Assembly (NCBI RefSeq): GCF_030532325.1
Contig: NZ_JAUNLS010000004.1
Coordinates: 19,902-83,901 of the forward strand
Direction of reading: 5' to 3'
DNA from: Corynebacterium sp.
Lineage (GTDB): Bacteria > Actinomycetota > Actinomycetes > Mycobacteriales > Mycobacteriaceae
Length of the DNA stretch: 64,000 nt
Under the pieces are notes generated by a model, which made no database searches, was not told the DNA's origin, and saw only the letters and a program-made list of their open reading frames with translations. A program made the position numbers and the translations under genes. Shown here in pieces: positions 27,239-36,552 of this stretch. Every line of letters starts with the position of its first letter. Within the stretch, counting starts at the first letter, position 1.

Positions 27239-27697
27239 GTGTACTGCCCGTTTTGTCACAATGAGCAATCGCGAGTCATTGACTCCCGCGTGGTGGACGC
27301 CGGAAGCTCCATTCGCCGCCGGCGTGAGTGCACCTCCTGCCGGGGCAGGTTCACCACTATCGAGAAGGCGGTGCTCTACGTGGTCAAGCGCAACGGGCTC
27401 TCGGAGCCCTTCAGCCGGGACAAGCTCATTCGCGGTGTGCAGCGCGCATGCCAGGGCCGTGACGTGAGCGAGGACGCACTGAAGAAGCTGGCCCAAGAAG
27501 TAGAAGAAACCGTGCGCAGCCACGGATCCCCCCAGGTCAACGCCAATGACGTAGGTTTGGCCATCCTGGAGCCCCTGCGCGACCTGGACGAGGTGGCCTA
27601 CCTGCGCTTCGCCTCGGTGTACAAGTCCTTCGAGAGCGCGGACGACTTCGAATCCGAGATCCGCCTCATGCGCCGCCGTGACCGCGAGGATTTCTAG
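27239..27697 (+). CDS. nrdR: Ribonucleotide reductase regulator NrdR
   Basis: Zinc ribbon [15 protein letters not shown]...[10 protein letters not shown] followed by an ATP-cone. GTG start. Confidence 0.96.
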   Translation: MYCPFCHNEQSRVIDSRVVDAGSSIRRRRECTSCRGRFTTIEKAVLYVVKRNGLSEPFSRDKLIRGVQRACQGRDVSEDALKKLAQEVEETVRSHGSPQVNANDVGLAILEPLRDLDEVAYLRFASVYKSFESADDFESEIRLMRRRDREDF

Positions 27698-27721
27698 AGC
27701 GCTCTGCTCTGCGACTTGTAG

Positions 27722-30700
27722 CTAACGCAGTTTGTCCACGGCCTTCTGGATGCGCCGCAGGGAGACCGCGTGCGCGGTGCCGAGGCGCTGCGCGAAGAGC
27801 GAGACGCGCAGCTCCTCGATCATCCAATAGATCTCCTTGACCTCACGGGTCTTGTCGCGCCCCGCGGGCAGCGTGCGCAGGCGATTGCTCAGGTAGGCCT
27901 TGGCCTCCTCCACGTCCGCTTGGCGGTCGGCGTCCTTGTTCGGATCGAGGTTCATATCCTCCAAGCGGATGCGGGCCGCGGCGAGATAGCGCGGCAGGTG
28001 CCGCAGGTGCGCCATCCCGTGGGTGGTGATCGCGTGCGGCGGCAGCAGGAAGTCCAGTTGGGCCTGAATATCGTCGATGGCCGGACCCTCCCACTGGGCA
28101 AGCTCCGCCTTGAGGTTGGAGTACTCCACCAGCCCGGGAGCAATTGCTACCACCGACTGCCGCACGCGGCCGGGGACTTGTGGGGCGATCTCCTTGCGCA
28201 GCGCCTCAAAGGCCGCGGGAGTGCGCACCGGCCCGCCCATCTCAATGAGGATGTCGCGGATCGCGGCCACGCGGGCGTCGTTGACGAGTCCCTCGGCGCC
28301 GCCGTGCGGGTAGGAATCCACGGCCACGCGCTGCTGCAGGGGGAGCCCCTTGATCATCTGCTGCTTGTTCACGGTGATCTGCCGCAGCAGCAGGGTGAGC
28401 GTGGTGGTGAGCATGGAGGCGTCGGCAGCGGCCTTGGTGGGGTGCACCTTGAGCGCCACGCCGTCCTTGGTAGCCACCAGGCCGGGGTAGGCGGTGACCT
28501 CGTGGCCGTCGACCACGGTGGTGACCTCCTCCTGGATTTCGCCCAGCGTATCCTCGCTCCACTCCTTGACCGCGCGCGACTCCGACTTGCGCCCGGCCTT
28601 GGACACCGAGGAAGTGATGTGGCCGGCCTGGCGCTTGACCAGGGCGGCGAGGTCGCGGTCGGAGTCGATGATCTCGCCGCGCTTGTCGACGGCCGCGAAG
28701 TTCATCCGCAGGTGGGCAGGCAGCGCCGAGGGTCTAAAGTCGGAGGCGTTGATACCGTGGCCGCCCATCTCCCGGAGGACGTCGGCAAGCTGCTGTGTGA
28801 GCGAGCCCTCGTAGGGGATGAGGCGGGGGAGTGCGCGCTCGGCGAACTCCGGGGCCGGCACAACAGTGCGGCGCAGAGCCTTCGGCAGGGTGCGGATGAG
28901 CTCAGTGACCAGCTCCAAGCGCAGCCCCGGCACCAGCCAGTCGAAGCCCTCGGTGTCGAGGCCCGCCAGCAGCGGAACCGGGACCATGAGGGTGACGCCG
29001 TCGAGGGGATTGCCCGGCTCAAACTTATAAGCGAGGTCGTAATCAATGCTGCCCTTGAGCCACCGGTCCGGGAAGGCCTCCTCGGTGACCTCGTGGGAGT
29101 CCTCGATGAGCTTATCGGGATCGAAGTCCAGCACGTGCTTGTCGCGCTGCTTCTTCCACCAGGAATCGAAGTGGCGGGCCGTGGTTACCGACGCCGGAAT
29201 GCGCTGGTCGTAGAAGTCGAAGAGCGTGTCTTCGTCCACCACGAGGCCGCGGCGGCGGGCCTTTTCCTCGTATTCGCCGGCCTCCTCGAGCTTGCGGCGG
29301 TTGTCGTGGAAGAAGTGGTGGTGAGTGCTCCACTCGCCCTCGATGAGCGCGTGGCGGATGAACATGTCGCGCGCGGCCACGGGGTCGACGCGGTGGTAGG
29401 GAACCGATCGATCCGCCACGATGGTCACTCCGTACAGGGTGGAGCGCTGCGTGGCCATGGCCGCACCGCGCTTGCGCGACCACACGGGGTCCGAGTAGTT
29501 GTGCTTGAGCAGGTTGGCGCCCAGCTCCTCCACCCAGGCGGGATCGATGGCGGCGACGTCGCGCGCCCACAGCCGGGAGGTCTCCACCAGCTCGGCGGCC
29601 ATGAGGAATGCCGGCGGCTTCTTGGCCAGGGCGGAGCCGGGGAAGATGAGGAAGTGGGTGTTGCGCGCGCCAATGAACTCTTTGGAGTTGCCGTCGCGCG
29701 CACCGATGTTGGAGAGCAGCCCGGACAGTAGGCTCATGTGAATGTCATCTGCGCGGCGCTCGGTGGCCTCTTTGACGCCCCACTTGAGCTGCTTGGCCAC
29801 ATCTTTGAGTTGGCGCACCAGGTCAAACCACTCGCGGATGCGCATGTAGTGCAGGAACTCTTTCTTCATGCGCTTGCGGAAGGCGTTGCCGCTGAGCTCC
29901 TCGCGGTTCTCGGTGACGTAGTCCCACAGCTTGAGCATGGAGATGTAGTCTGAGGACTTGTCCTTGAAGCGGGCATGGGTCTGATCCGCCTGGGCCTGGA
30001 AGTCCAGGGGACGCTCGCGCACGTCCTGAATGGTCATCGCGGCCACGATGACGATGACGTCCTCGAGGCAGCCCAGCCTCGCGGCCTCGACGAGCATGCG
30101 GCTCATGCGGGGATCCACGGGGATGCGGGCGAGGTGCCGACCGACGTCGGTGAGCACCGGCAGCCCGTTCTTCTCCTTGCCCTCCGGATTGAGGGCGCCG
30201 AGCTCGTGGAGCAGGAGTAGGCCGTCGCGCACGGCCTTGGGCTCGGGGGCCTGGACGAAGGGGAACTCGGAGATATCGCCCAGCCGCAGCGAGATCATCT
30301 GCAGGATGACGCTGGCGAGGTTGGTGCGCAAAATTTCCGGGTCGGTGAACTCCGGGCGGGAGGCGAAGTCCTGCTCGCTGTAGAGGCGGATGGCGATGCC
30401 ATCGGCCACGCGGCCGCAGCGGCCGGAGCGCTGATTGGCGCTGGCCTGGGAGATCGGCTCGATGGGCAGGCGCTGGACCTTGGTGCGGGTGGAGTAGCGC
30501 GAGATGCGCGCGGTTCCGGTGTCCACCACGTAGCGGATGCCCGGAACGGTCAGCGAGGTCTCCGCGATGTTGGTGGAGAGCACGATGCGCCTGCCGCGGT
30601 GCGGGGAGAAGACGCGGTGCTGCTCCTGGTTGGAGAGGCGGCTAAAGAGCGGGGTGACCTCCACACCCCGCCAGCGCTTGGCCTCGATCGCCTCCATCGC

Positions 30701-31618
30701 GTCGCGAATGTCGCGCTCGCCGGGGAAGAAGCAGAGGATGTCGCCCTCGCCCTCGGCCATGAGCTCCTCGATGGCCTCCACCAGGCCGTCGAGGGGATCC
30801 TGGTCCACCACCTTTCCGCCAGCCTCGAACTCGAGGGGGCGGTAACGGATCTCCACCGGGTAGGTGCGCCCGGAGACCTCGATGATGGGCGCGGGCTTTC
30901 CGTCGGCGCCAGCGAAGTGCCGGGCAAAACTCTCCGGATCGATGGTGGCGGAGGTGATGATCACCTTGAGATCCGGGCGCTTGGGCAGCAGGCGCTTGAG
31001 GTAGCCCAGCAGGAAGTCGATATTGAGGGAGCGCTCGTGGGCCTCGTCGATGATGATGGTGTCGTAGGCGTTGAGGAAGCGATCCTTTTGCATCTCCGCC
31101 AGCAGGATGCCGTCCGTCATGAGCTTGACGGCCGTGGTTTGCGAGACGCGGTCATCGAAGCGGATGGCGTAGCCCACGGATTCCCCGATGTCCTGGCCTA
31201 GTTCCTCGGCGATGCGCTCTGCCACGGTGCGCGCGGCCAGACGGCGGGGCTGGGTGTGCCCGATGAGCCCGCGGCGCCCGCGGCCAAGCTCCAGACAGAT
31301 CTTGGGGATCTGCGTGGTCTTACCGGAGCCGGTCTCGCCGGCGATGATGACCACCTGGTTGTCGCGGATGGCCTCGGCGATGTCTTCGCGGCGGCCGGTG
31401 ACCGGCAGCTGCTCGGGGTATTCGATGGGCGGCACGTGCTCGTCGATGGCGCTGACGCGGGCGGCTGCGGCCTGCAGATCCTCGTTGATGGCGCCCAGTG
31501 CATGAGGGGAGCGGGCTTTGCGCAGGCGGCGTCGGAAAGTGTGGACGCTAGCCAGCGGAATCGTGTCGAGCTGGGCGAGGAGATCCTCGCGGGTGGGGGT
31601 GGCGGTTGAGTCAGACAT
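27722..31618 (-). CDS. hrpA: ATP-dependent RNA helicase HrpA
   Basis: 1298 aa with GETGSGKTTQ, DEAHERS, and HA2/OB plus the long HrpA C-terminal region. Confidence 0.95.
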   Translation of the reverse strand: MSDSTATPTREDLLAQLDTIPLASVHTFRRRLRKARSPHALGAINEDLQAAAARVSAIDEHVPPIEYPEQLPVTGRREDIAEAIRDNQVVIIAGETGSGKTTQIPKICLELGRGRRGLIGHTQPRRLAARTVAERIAEELGQDIGESVGYAIRFDDRVSQTTAVKLMTDGILLAEMQKDRFLNAYDTIIIDEAHERSLNIDFLLGYLKRLLPKRPDLKVIITSATIDPESFARHFAGADGKPAPIIEVSGRTYPVEIRYRPLEFEAGGKVVDQDPLDGLVEAIEELMAEGEGDILCFFPGERDIRDAMEAIEAKRWRGVEVTPLFSRLSNQEQHRVFSPHRGRRIVLSTNIAETSLTVPGIRYVVDTGTARISRYSTRTKVQRLPIEPISQASANQRSGRCGRVADGIAIRLYSEQDFASRPEFTDPEILRTNLASVILQMISLRLGDISEFPFVQAPEPKAVRDGLLLLHELGALNPEGKEKNGLPVLTDVGRHLARIPVDPRMSRMLVEAARLGCLEDVIVIVAAMTIQDVRERPLDFQAQADQTHARFKDKSSDYISMLKLWDYVTENREELSGNAFRKRMKKEFLHYMRIREWFDLVRQLKDVAKQLKWGVKEATERRADDIHMSLLSGLLSNIGARDGNSKEFIGARNTHFLIFPGSALAKKPPAFLMAAELVETSRLWARDVAAIDPAWVEELGANLLKHNYSDPVWSRKRGAAMATQRSTLYGVTIVADRSVPYHRVDPVAARDMFIRHALIEGEWSTHHHFFHDNRRKLEEAGEYEEKARRRGLVVDEDTLFDFYDQRIPASVTTARHFDSWWKKQRDKHVLDFDPDKLIEDSHEVTEEAFPDRWLKGSIDYDLAYKFEPGNPLDGVTLMVPVPLLAGLDTEGFDWLVPGLRLELVTELIRTLPKALRRTVVPAPEFAERALPRLIPYEGSLTQQLADVLREMGGHGINASDFRPSALPAHLRMNFAAVDKRGEIIDSDRDLAALVKRQAGHITSSVSKAGRKSESRAVKEWSEDTLGEIQEEVTTVVDGHEVTAYPGLVATKDGVALKVHPTKAAADASMLTTTLTLLLRQITVNKQQMIKGLPLQQRVAVDSYPHGGAEGLVNDARVAAIRDILIEMGGPVRTPAAFEALRKEIAPQVPGRVRQSVVAIAPGLVEYSNLKAELAQWEGPAIDDIQAQLDFLLPPHAITTHGMAHLRHLPRYLAAARIRLEDMNLDPNKDADRQADVEEAKAYLSNRLRTLPAGRDKTREVKEIYWMIEELRVSLFAQRLGTAHAVSLRRIQKAVDKLR

Positions 31619-31723
31619 AGCTGGAACGAAAGTTTACTAGGGGTGCCGAGGAGGCGAGAGCGTTGGTAGTGTTCTGGATACGCAAGTTTCGAAGAAGTTG
31701 AAAAGAATAGTGGGGAGAAATTA

Positions 31724-32764
31724 ATGACAAACCCATTTGGATCGAACCCGGGCGATAACGGCGGCAACCGCGATGACCGCGATAACGCCTTCGGGTCGAG
31801 CAACGGCGGCGGCCTGCCGCGCTACGAGCCCACCAGCCACCCGGAGGATCAGGCCGGCTTTGGCAGCAACTCCTACGGCGGCAACTACTCCGGGTACGGA
31901 AACTACTCCGCACAGGATTCCTCGCTGCCGGGCTACGCGGGTGCCAACGATTACAGCGCAAGCAATGGCGGCGCGCCCACCGCGGAAGCGGGCCCGGCCT
32001 ATACCGGGAAGGTCAGCGCTCTGTACGCGCTGAAGTGGGGATTTGTCAACGCCGTGCGCAATCCGGTGCTGTGGCTGTTGGGGGCCATTGCGCTCTTTGC
32101 GGTGCAGTACCTGCCGATACTTGTTGTACAGATTGCCACCGGGTTTGATGAGAACTCCTCCGCCCCGACCGTCGCACAGGGCATCATGACCATCGTCAGC
32201 GTTGTGCTGGGCATCGCCATCTACCGTCTGGCGCTCTTCCAGGTCGATGATCCGCGCACCTCGTGGTCCTACCTGTTTAAGAACGTGCGCTGGGGTAGCA
32301 CGCTGGTGGTCAGCATCATCGTCGGCGTCGTTACCGGCATCCTTGCCCTCATTGCTGTCTTTATTGGCTTCGCCATCTTCGGCGGGACCGTGGGCTTTGA
32401 GGTGCTCAACAACCCTGACGGCATGAGCGACGAACAGATCTTCGGCATGCTGGGCACCATCTTTGGCGTCATTGCCGTCCTGGCGCTGGTGAGCTTCCTG
32501 CTCAGCCCGTTGTGGTTCTTCATGACGTGGATGGCCGCGGACGGTGCGTCCGTGGGTGAGGCCATCTCCCGCGGCTTCAAACTGGGCACGCAGAACTACG
32601 CGCAGGTCCTGCTTTACAGCTTCCTGCTGGGCGCGATGTCCCTGGCCAGCATCATCACCTTCGGCCTGGCGCTCATCGTCGTGGCGCCGGCCGGGCAGCT
32701 GGCCGCGGCGCATCTGCTGCGCCAGGCCAAGGGCGCTTACGCCCCTGAGGTGACCAGCCGCTAG
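31724..32764 (+). CDS. Membrane protein with disordered Gly/Asn/Tyr/Ser-rich N-terminus
   Basis: About 95 aa of low complexity (GNRDDRDNAFGSSNGGG...GSNSYGGNYSGYGNYSAQDSS) followed by 5-6 TM helices. No family recognised. Confidence 0.6.
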   Translation: MTNPFGSNPGDNGGNRDDRDNAFGSSNGGGLPRYEPTSHPEDQAGFGSNSYGGNYSGYGNYSAQDSSLPGYAGANDYSASNGGAPTAEAGPAYTGKVSALYALKWGFVNAVRNPVLWLLGAIALFAVQYLPILVVQIATGFDENSSAPTVAQGIMTIVSVVLGIAIYRLALFQVDDPRTSWSYLFKNVRWGSTLVVSIIVGVVTGILALIAVFIGFAIFGGTVGFEVLNNPDGMSDEQIFGMLGTIFGVIAVLALVSFLLSPLWFFMTWMAADGASVGEAISRGFKLGTQNYAQVLLYSFLLGAMSLASIITFGLALIVVAPAGQLAAAHLLRQAKGAYAPEVTSR

Positions 32765-33726
32765 CTGGCAGCGGCGCCGCTGAGAGCGCGGGAGCGCTCC
32801 ACAGCGGAGTTGAATGCGGCGGTGACCAATCCGCCGAACTCGCGGAATTCTTCCGCACGCGCCGCCGAGGAGCGGAAGACTAAACCGACTTCCCGCTCGG
32901 CGGTGACATCGGGGGCAAAGCGCGCCACAGTGAGCTCGGGGTGGGTGCACTCGGTGGCGATGGCTGATTCCGGCACCAGCGTGGTGCCCAGCCCGCCCAT
33001 GACCAGCTGCAAAATGGTGGTCAGAGAGGAGGCGCGGGTGATCGCGTTGGTGGCATCGGAGGGGTTGATTTTCGCCTGGCGGCACAGGTCGAGGACCTGG
33101 TCGCGCAAACAGTGGCCGTCGTCCAGCAGCAACAGCTCCATGTTGTTGAGCTGGGAGAGTGTGAGATCGGTGCGCCCGGCCAAGGGGTGCTCGGGGTCGG
33201 TGACCACCGCGAAGCGCTCCTTATAGAGGGGGACCTCGATCATCCCGGGGCTCTCCGAGGGCAGCGCGATGATGGCGAGATCGATCTGGCCGTCGCGCAG
33301 TTTCTGCAGGAGGTGCTCGGTTTGCTCCTCCACAAAACGCGGCTCGAGGTCCGGGTAGGACTCGCTGATGGAGCCCAGCAGTGTGGGCAGGATGTAGGGC
33401 GCGATAGTGGGGATGACGCCGATGGTCAGGGGTCCGGTAAGCACGCCGTCGGCTCCGCGGGCGCGGGAAAGGAAGGCGTCGGCGGCCTCAAGGGTGACCT
33501 TGGCGTAGGGCAGGAGTGCCTCGCCGGTGGCGGTGACGATGACCCGGCGGGTGGAGCGCTCGATGAGCTGAACGCCGAGCCCCTGCTCGAGGGCGACGAG
33601 CGCCTGGGAGAGGGAGGGCTGGGAAATGCCCAGCTTCGAGGCGGCGGTGCCGAAGTGCTTGTTCTCCGCGATGGTGACAAAGGTGCGCAGTTGGGCCAGA
33701 GTTGGTCGGTACTCTTTATTGTGCAT
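32761..33726 (-). CDS. oxyR: LysR-family peroxide regulator OxyR
   Basis: HTH LAQLRTFVTIAENKHFGTAASKLGISQPSLSQAL, redox Cys context LLLLDDGHCLRDQ, and divergent from ahpC. Confidence 0.85.
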   Translation of the reverse strand: MHNKEYRPTLAQLRTFVTIAENKHFGTAASKLGISQPSLSQALVALEQGLGVQLIERSTRRVIVTATGEALLPYAKVTLEAADAFLSRARGADGVLTGPLTIGVIPTIAPYILPTLLGSISESYPDLEPRFVEEQTEHLLQKLRDGQIDLAIIALPSESPGMIEVPLYKERFAVVTDPEHPLAGRTDLTLSQLNNMELLLLDDGHCLRDQVLDLCRQAKINPSDATNAITRASSLTTILQLVMGGLGTTLVPESAIATECTHPELTVARFAPDVTAEREVGLVFRSSAARAEEFREFGGLVTAAFNSAVERSRALSGAAAS

Positions 33727-33762
33727 GCTTATAACTTTAACACGTATAAAAAGTATTTCCTA

Positions 33763-33791
33763 TTGACTTGTGGTGGATCTATTGGCATAAT
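33763..33791 (+). promoter_or_regulatory. Predicted sigma-70 promoter of ahpC
   Basis: TTGACT (33763-33768), a 17-nt spacer, then CATAAT (33786-33791). Lies in the AT-rich oxyR/ahpC divergent region. Confidence 0.45.
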
Positions 33792-33863
33792 TGAAAATGC
33801 CTGGTGAGAAGCCAGCATGTAGATGCTATACCGACCCTCGTTAGCAAGGAGATGAGTCAATCA

Positions 33864-34457
33864 ATGCCTATCATGACCGTTGGTGAGAAGTTCCCGGAGT
33901 TTGAGCTCACCGCACTCAAGGGCGGCGACCTGCACGACGTCAACGCAAACCAGCCGGAAGACTACTTCGAGACCGTGTCCCTGGATAAGTACGAGGGCAA
34001 GTGGAAGGTAGTGTTCTTCTACCCGAAGGACTTCACCTTTGTTTGCCCCACCGAGATTGCTGCATTCGGCAAGCTGGATGAGGAGTTCCAGGACCGCGAT
34101 ACCCAGATTCTGGGCGGCTCCGTTGACAACGAGTTCGCTCACTTCAACTGGCGCGCAACCCACCCGGAGCTCAAGGAGATCCCGTTCCCGATGTTCTCCG
34201 ACATCCGCCACGACCTCATCCGCGCCCTGGGCGTAGAGAACGCTGACGGCGTTGCTGACCGCGCTACCTTCATCATCGATCCGGACGGAATCATCCAGTT
34301 CGTCTCCGTTACCCCGGACGCTGTGGGCCGCAATGTTGACGAGGTCCTGCGTGTCCTCGACGCCCTGCAGTCCGAAGAGGTGTGCGCTTGCAACTGGGAG
34401 GCTAATGACCCGACCAAGAACATCGACAAGATGGAAGTTGTGCAGTCGGCCCTCTAA
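33864..34457 (+). CDS. ahpC: Alkyl hydroperoxide reductase AhpC (peroxiredoxin)
   Basis: MPIMTVGEKFPEFELTAL... parallels mycobacterial AhpC. Peroxidatic FTFVCPTEI and C-terminal EVCACNW are present. ATG 33864 chosen by N-terminal alignment from memory. Confidence 0.96.
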   Translation: MPIMTVGEKFPEFELTALKGGDLHDVNANQPEDYFETVSLDKYEGKWKVVFFYPKDFTFVCPTEIAAFGKLDEEFQDRDTQILGGSVDNEFAHFNWRATHPELKEIPFPMFSDIRHDLIRALGVENADGVADRATFIIDPDGIIQFVSVTPDAVGRNVDEVLRVLDALQSEEVCACNWEANDPTKNIDKMEVVQSAL

Positions 34458-34516
34458 GGCGACAAGCTCTCGAGCTTCCCAATCCCAGAACCCAAGCCCT
34501 TGTCAAGGAGGACTGA

Positions 34517-35041
34517 ATGTCTATCGATAATCTGAAGTCGGCCCTGCCGGAGTACGCCAAGGATCAGAAGCTGAACATTGGCAGCCTGACCCGCAGCACC
34601 GAGCTCAACGAGGAGCAGCTGTGGGGCTCCCTGCTGACTGCTGCAGCCGCGACCCGCAACGACACCGTGCTGTCCGAAATCATCGATGAGGCAAAGGAGC
34701 ACCTGTCTGAGGAGGCCGTCGAAGCAGCCCTGGGTGCCGCAACCGTCATGGCGATGAACAACGTCGCCTACCGCGCTAAGGGTTGGCTCGGTGATGACTA
34801 CGCACAGGTCAAGTTCGGCCTGCGCATGAACATCATCTCCAAGCCGGGCGTGGACAAGGCCAACTTCGAGCTGTGGAATACCGTGGCTTCCGCGGTCAAC
34901 GGCTGCGAGCACTGCCTCAAGGCACACGCTCAGACCCTTCAGGAGGAGGGCCTGACCAAGGAGCAGATCTGGGAAGGCATCAAGATTGGCGCCGTCGTCC
35001 AGGCTGTTGCTCAGGCCATCCAGGTGGAGGCCGCACGCTAA
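34517..35041 (+). CDS. ahpD: Alkyl hydroperoxidase AhpD
   Basis: CxxC active site ([10 protein letters not shown]) in a carboxymuconolactone-decarboxylase fold. Lies downstream of ahpC. Confidence 0.95.
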   Translation: MSIDNLKSALPEYAKDQKLNIGSLTRSTELNEEQLWGSLLTAAAATRNDTVLSEIIDEAKEHLSEEAVEAALGAATVMAMNNVAYRAKGWLGDDYAQVKFGLRMNIISKPGVDKANFELWNTVASAVNGCEHCLKAHAQTLQEEGLTKEQIWEGIKIGAVVQAVAQAIQVEAAR

Positions 35042-35064
35042 ACGCGTTGCTTGGCGACGTCCCC

Positions 35065-35114
35065 AGGCCCGCCCCACGATGGACCTCGTGGAGCGGGCCT
35101 TTCTCTGCGTTTTC
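35065..35114 (+). terminator. Intrinsic terminator after ahpD
   Basis: Stem AGGCCCGC-C-CCACGA / TCGTGG-A-GCGGGCCT, followed by TTCTCTGCGTTTTC. Confidence 0.65.
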
Positions 35115-35156
35115 TGGTGCTTACGGTGCTGGCCGTACCCACCCGGTGCTGTTGTG

Positions 35157-35894
35157 CTAGCCCAGCGCTACGCCAAACGCGGCGCCGATGCCGTAGGTGA
35201 CCGCCAGGCCGGCCGCGCCGCCGATGACCAGGCGCAGCACCGCGCGCCCCGGGTTGGTATCGGCCAGGCGCGCCGAGACGTAGCCAGTCAGCGCCAGAGT
35301 GGCGATGGTGACGAGGGAAACCACGATCGCCGCGGCGTTATCGGGCGCGAGGAAGATGGAGAGCATCGGCAGTGCCGCGCCCGCAAGGAAGGAGACCGCG
35401 GACCAGAACGCCGCGTGCCAGGGGTTGGTGAGGTCCTCGCCATCGATGCCCAGCTCCAGGCGCAGGTGCGCGTCGAGCGGGTTGGTGTCGGTGATCTCCT
35501 GGGCCGCCTTCGCCGCAGTCTGGTGGGTCATGCCGTAGCCGGCCAGCAGGGAGGTCAGCTCCGCCATCTCCTGCTCCGGCATCTCCTTAAGCTCCTGGTT
35601 CTCCTTGGCGATGAGCATGCGCTCCGAATCGCGCTGGGCGGAAACGGAAACGTACTCGCCCAGGGCCATGGAGACCGCGCCCGAGATCGTGGCCGCCAGG
35701 CCAGCCACGAGGACAGTGCTATTGGATACGCCGGAGCCCACGACGCCGAGCAGGAGGGCGGCGACGGAGACGATGCCGTCGTTGGCGCCGAGCACGCCGG
35801 CGCGCAGGGAGTTGAGGCGAGAGTTGTGGGAGGAATTGTGGGGCTCGGCGGAGTGCGGCCCGGCGGGGCTCGCAGCGGAAGCGGTGGCGGCCAT
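35157..35894 (-). CDS. VIT1/CCC1-family iron/manganese transporter
   Basis: LRAGVLGANDGIVSVAALLLGV and AVSMALGEYVSVSAQRDSE motifs, a central cytoplasmic helical segment, and five TM helices. Confidence 0.85.
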   Translation of the reverse strand: MAATASAASPAGPHSAEPHNSSHNSRLNSLRAGVLGANDGIVSVAALLLGVVGSGVSNSTVLVAGLAATISGAVSMALGEYVSVSAQRDSERMLIAKENQELKEMPEQEMAELTSLLAGYGMTHQTAAKAAQEITDTNPLDAHLRLELGIDGEDLTNPWHAAFWSAVSFLAGAALPMLSIFLAPDNAAAIVVSLVTIATLALTGYVSARLADTNPGRAVLRLVIGGAAGLAVTYGIGAAFGVALG

Positions 35895-36115
35895 GGCTGT
35901 CTATATTCCTTCTGTTCGAAAAGTGAGTGATGGGGAGATACACGTGGGGCGGTGAGCGTGCCCCGCTCTCTTATTATCGCCGCAGCGCACGGGCCTGTCT
36001 AGCATTGTTAGCCTAGGCTGCCAAGGGGCAGGATTGGCTAGGCTCGGGCCCGGCGGGGCGAGGATATTCGAACGGAAGGTGGGTGAGGCCGGCGCGCGGG
36101 TGGCTGGGAGTCTAG

Positions 36116-36538
36116 CTAACCCAGGCTGCCCGTCCACTCGCCGCAGGGCTCCTCGTGGCACAAGACCTGCATGGTGAAGACGTCCGTGTGGAGATCCAGG
36201 TGGGCGTTGGGCACCACCACGGAGAAGCGGTCCAGGGCGTAATGCCACTCGTAGTCCACGTCGGTTGCCTCGGCGGGGGAGTCGGTAGGAGCCAAGGTCA
36301 TCGAGCGCATCTCGGCGTCCTCGCAGGATACCCGCAGCTCCCGCTCGAGGGTTTGCAGCACGAAGGTCACGCAGTCGCTGCGCTGCGGCAGCCCGCCGAG
36401 CAGCCAGTGCACGGTGACGGTGTCCTCAGTCTGCTCAAAGCTCACGCCCGCCAGGCGGATACCGGTGACGTGCGGGTCGGAGGACTCGGATGGGGTGCTG
36501 TCCTGGGAAAAGCTGGACTCTGTCCGAGGTTCAGTCAT
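36116..36538 (-). CDS. Hypothetical protein
   Basis: 140-aa ORF starting 14 nt after the upstream helicase gene stop. No motif recognised. The coding call rests on position and ORF length only. Confidence 0.4.
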   Translation of the reverse strand: MTEPRTESSFSQDSTPSESSDPHVTGIRLAGVSFEQTEDTVTVHWLLGGLPQRSDCVTFVLQTLERELRVSCEDAEMRSMTLAPTDSPAEATDVDYEWHYALDRFSVVVPNAHLDLHTDVFTMQVLCHEEPCGEWTGSLG

Positions 36539-36552
36539 GGTCCATGTCCTTT

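Noticed and set aside
36003-36021. DtxR/IdeR iron box upstream of the VIT gene
   Set aside because: Only 11 of 19 positions match TTAGGTTAGCCTAACCTAA, mostly in the centre. That is too weak to annotate as a DtxR site, so it is kept only as a low-interest palindrome observation.
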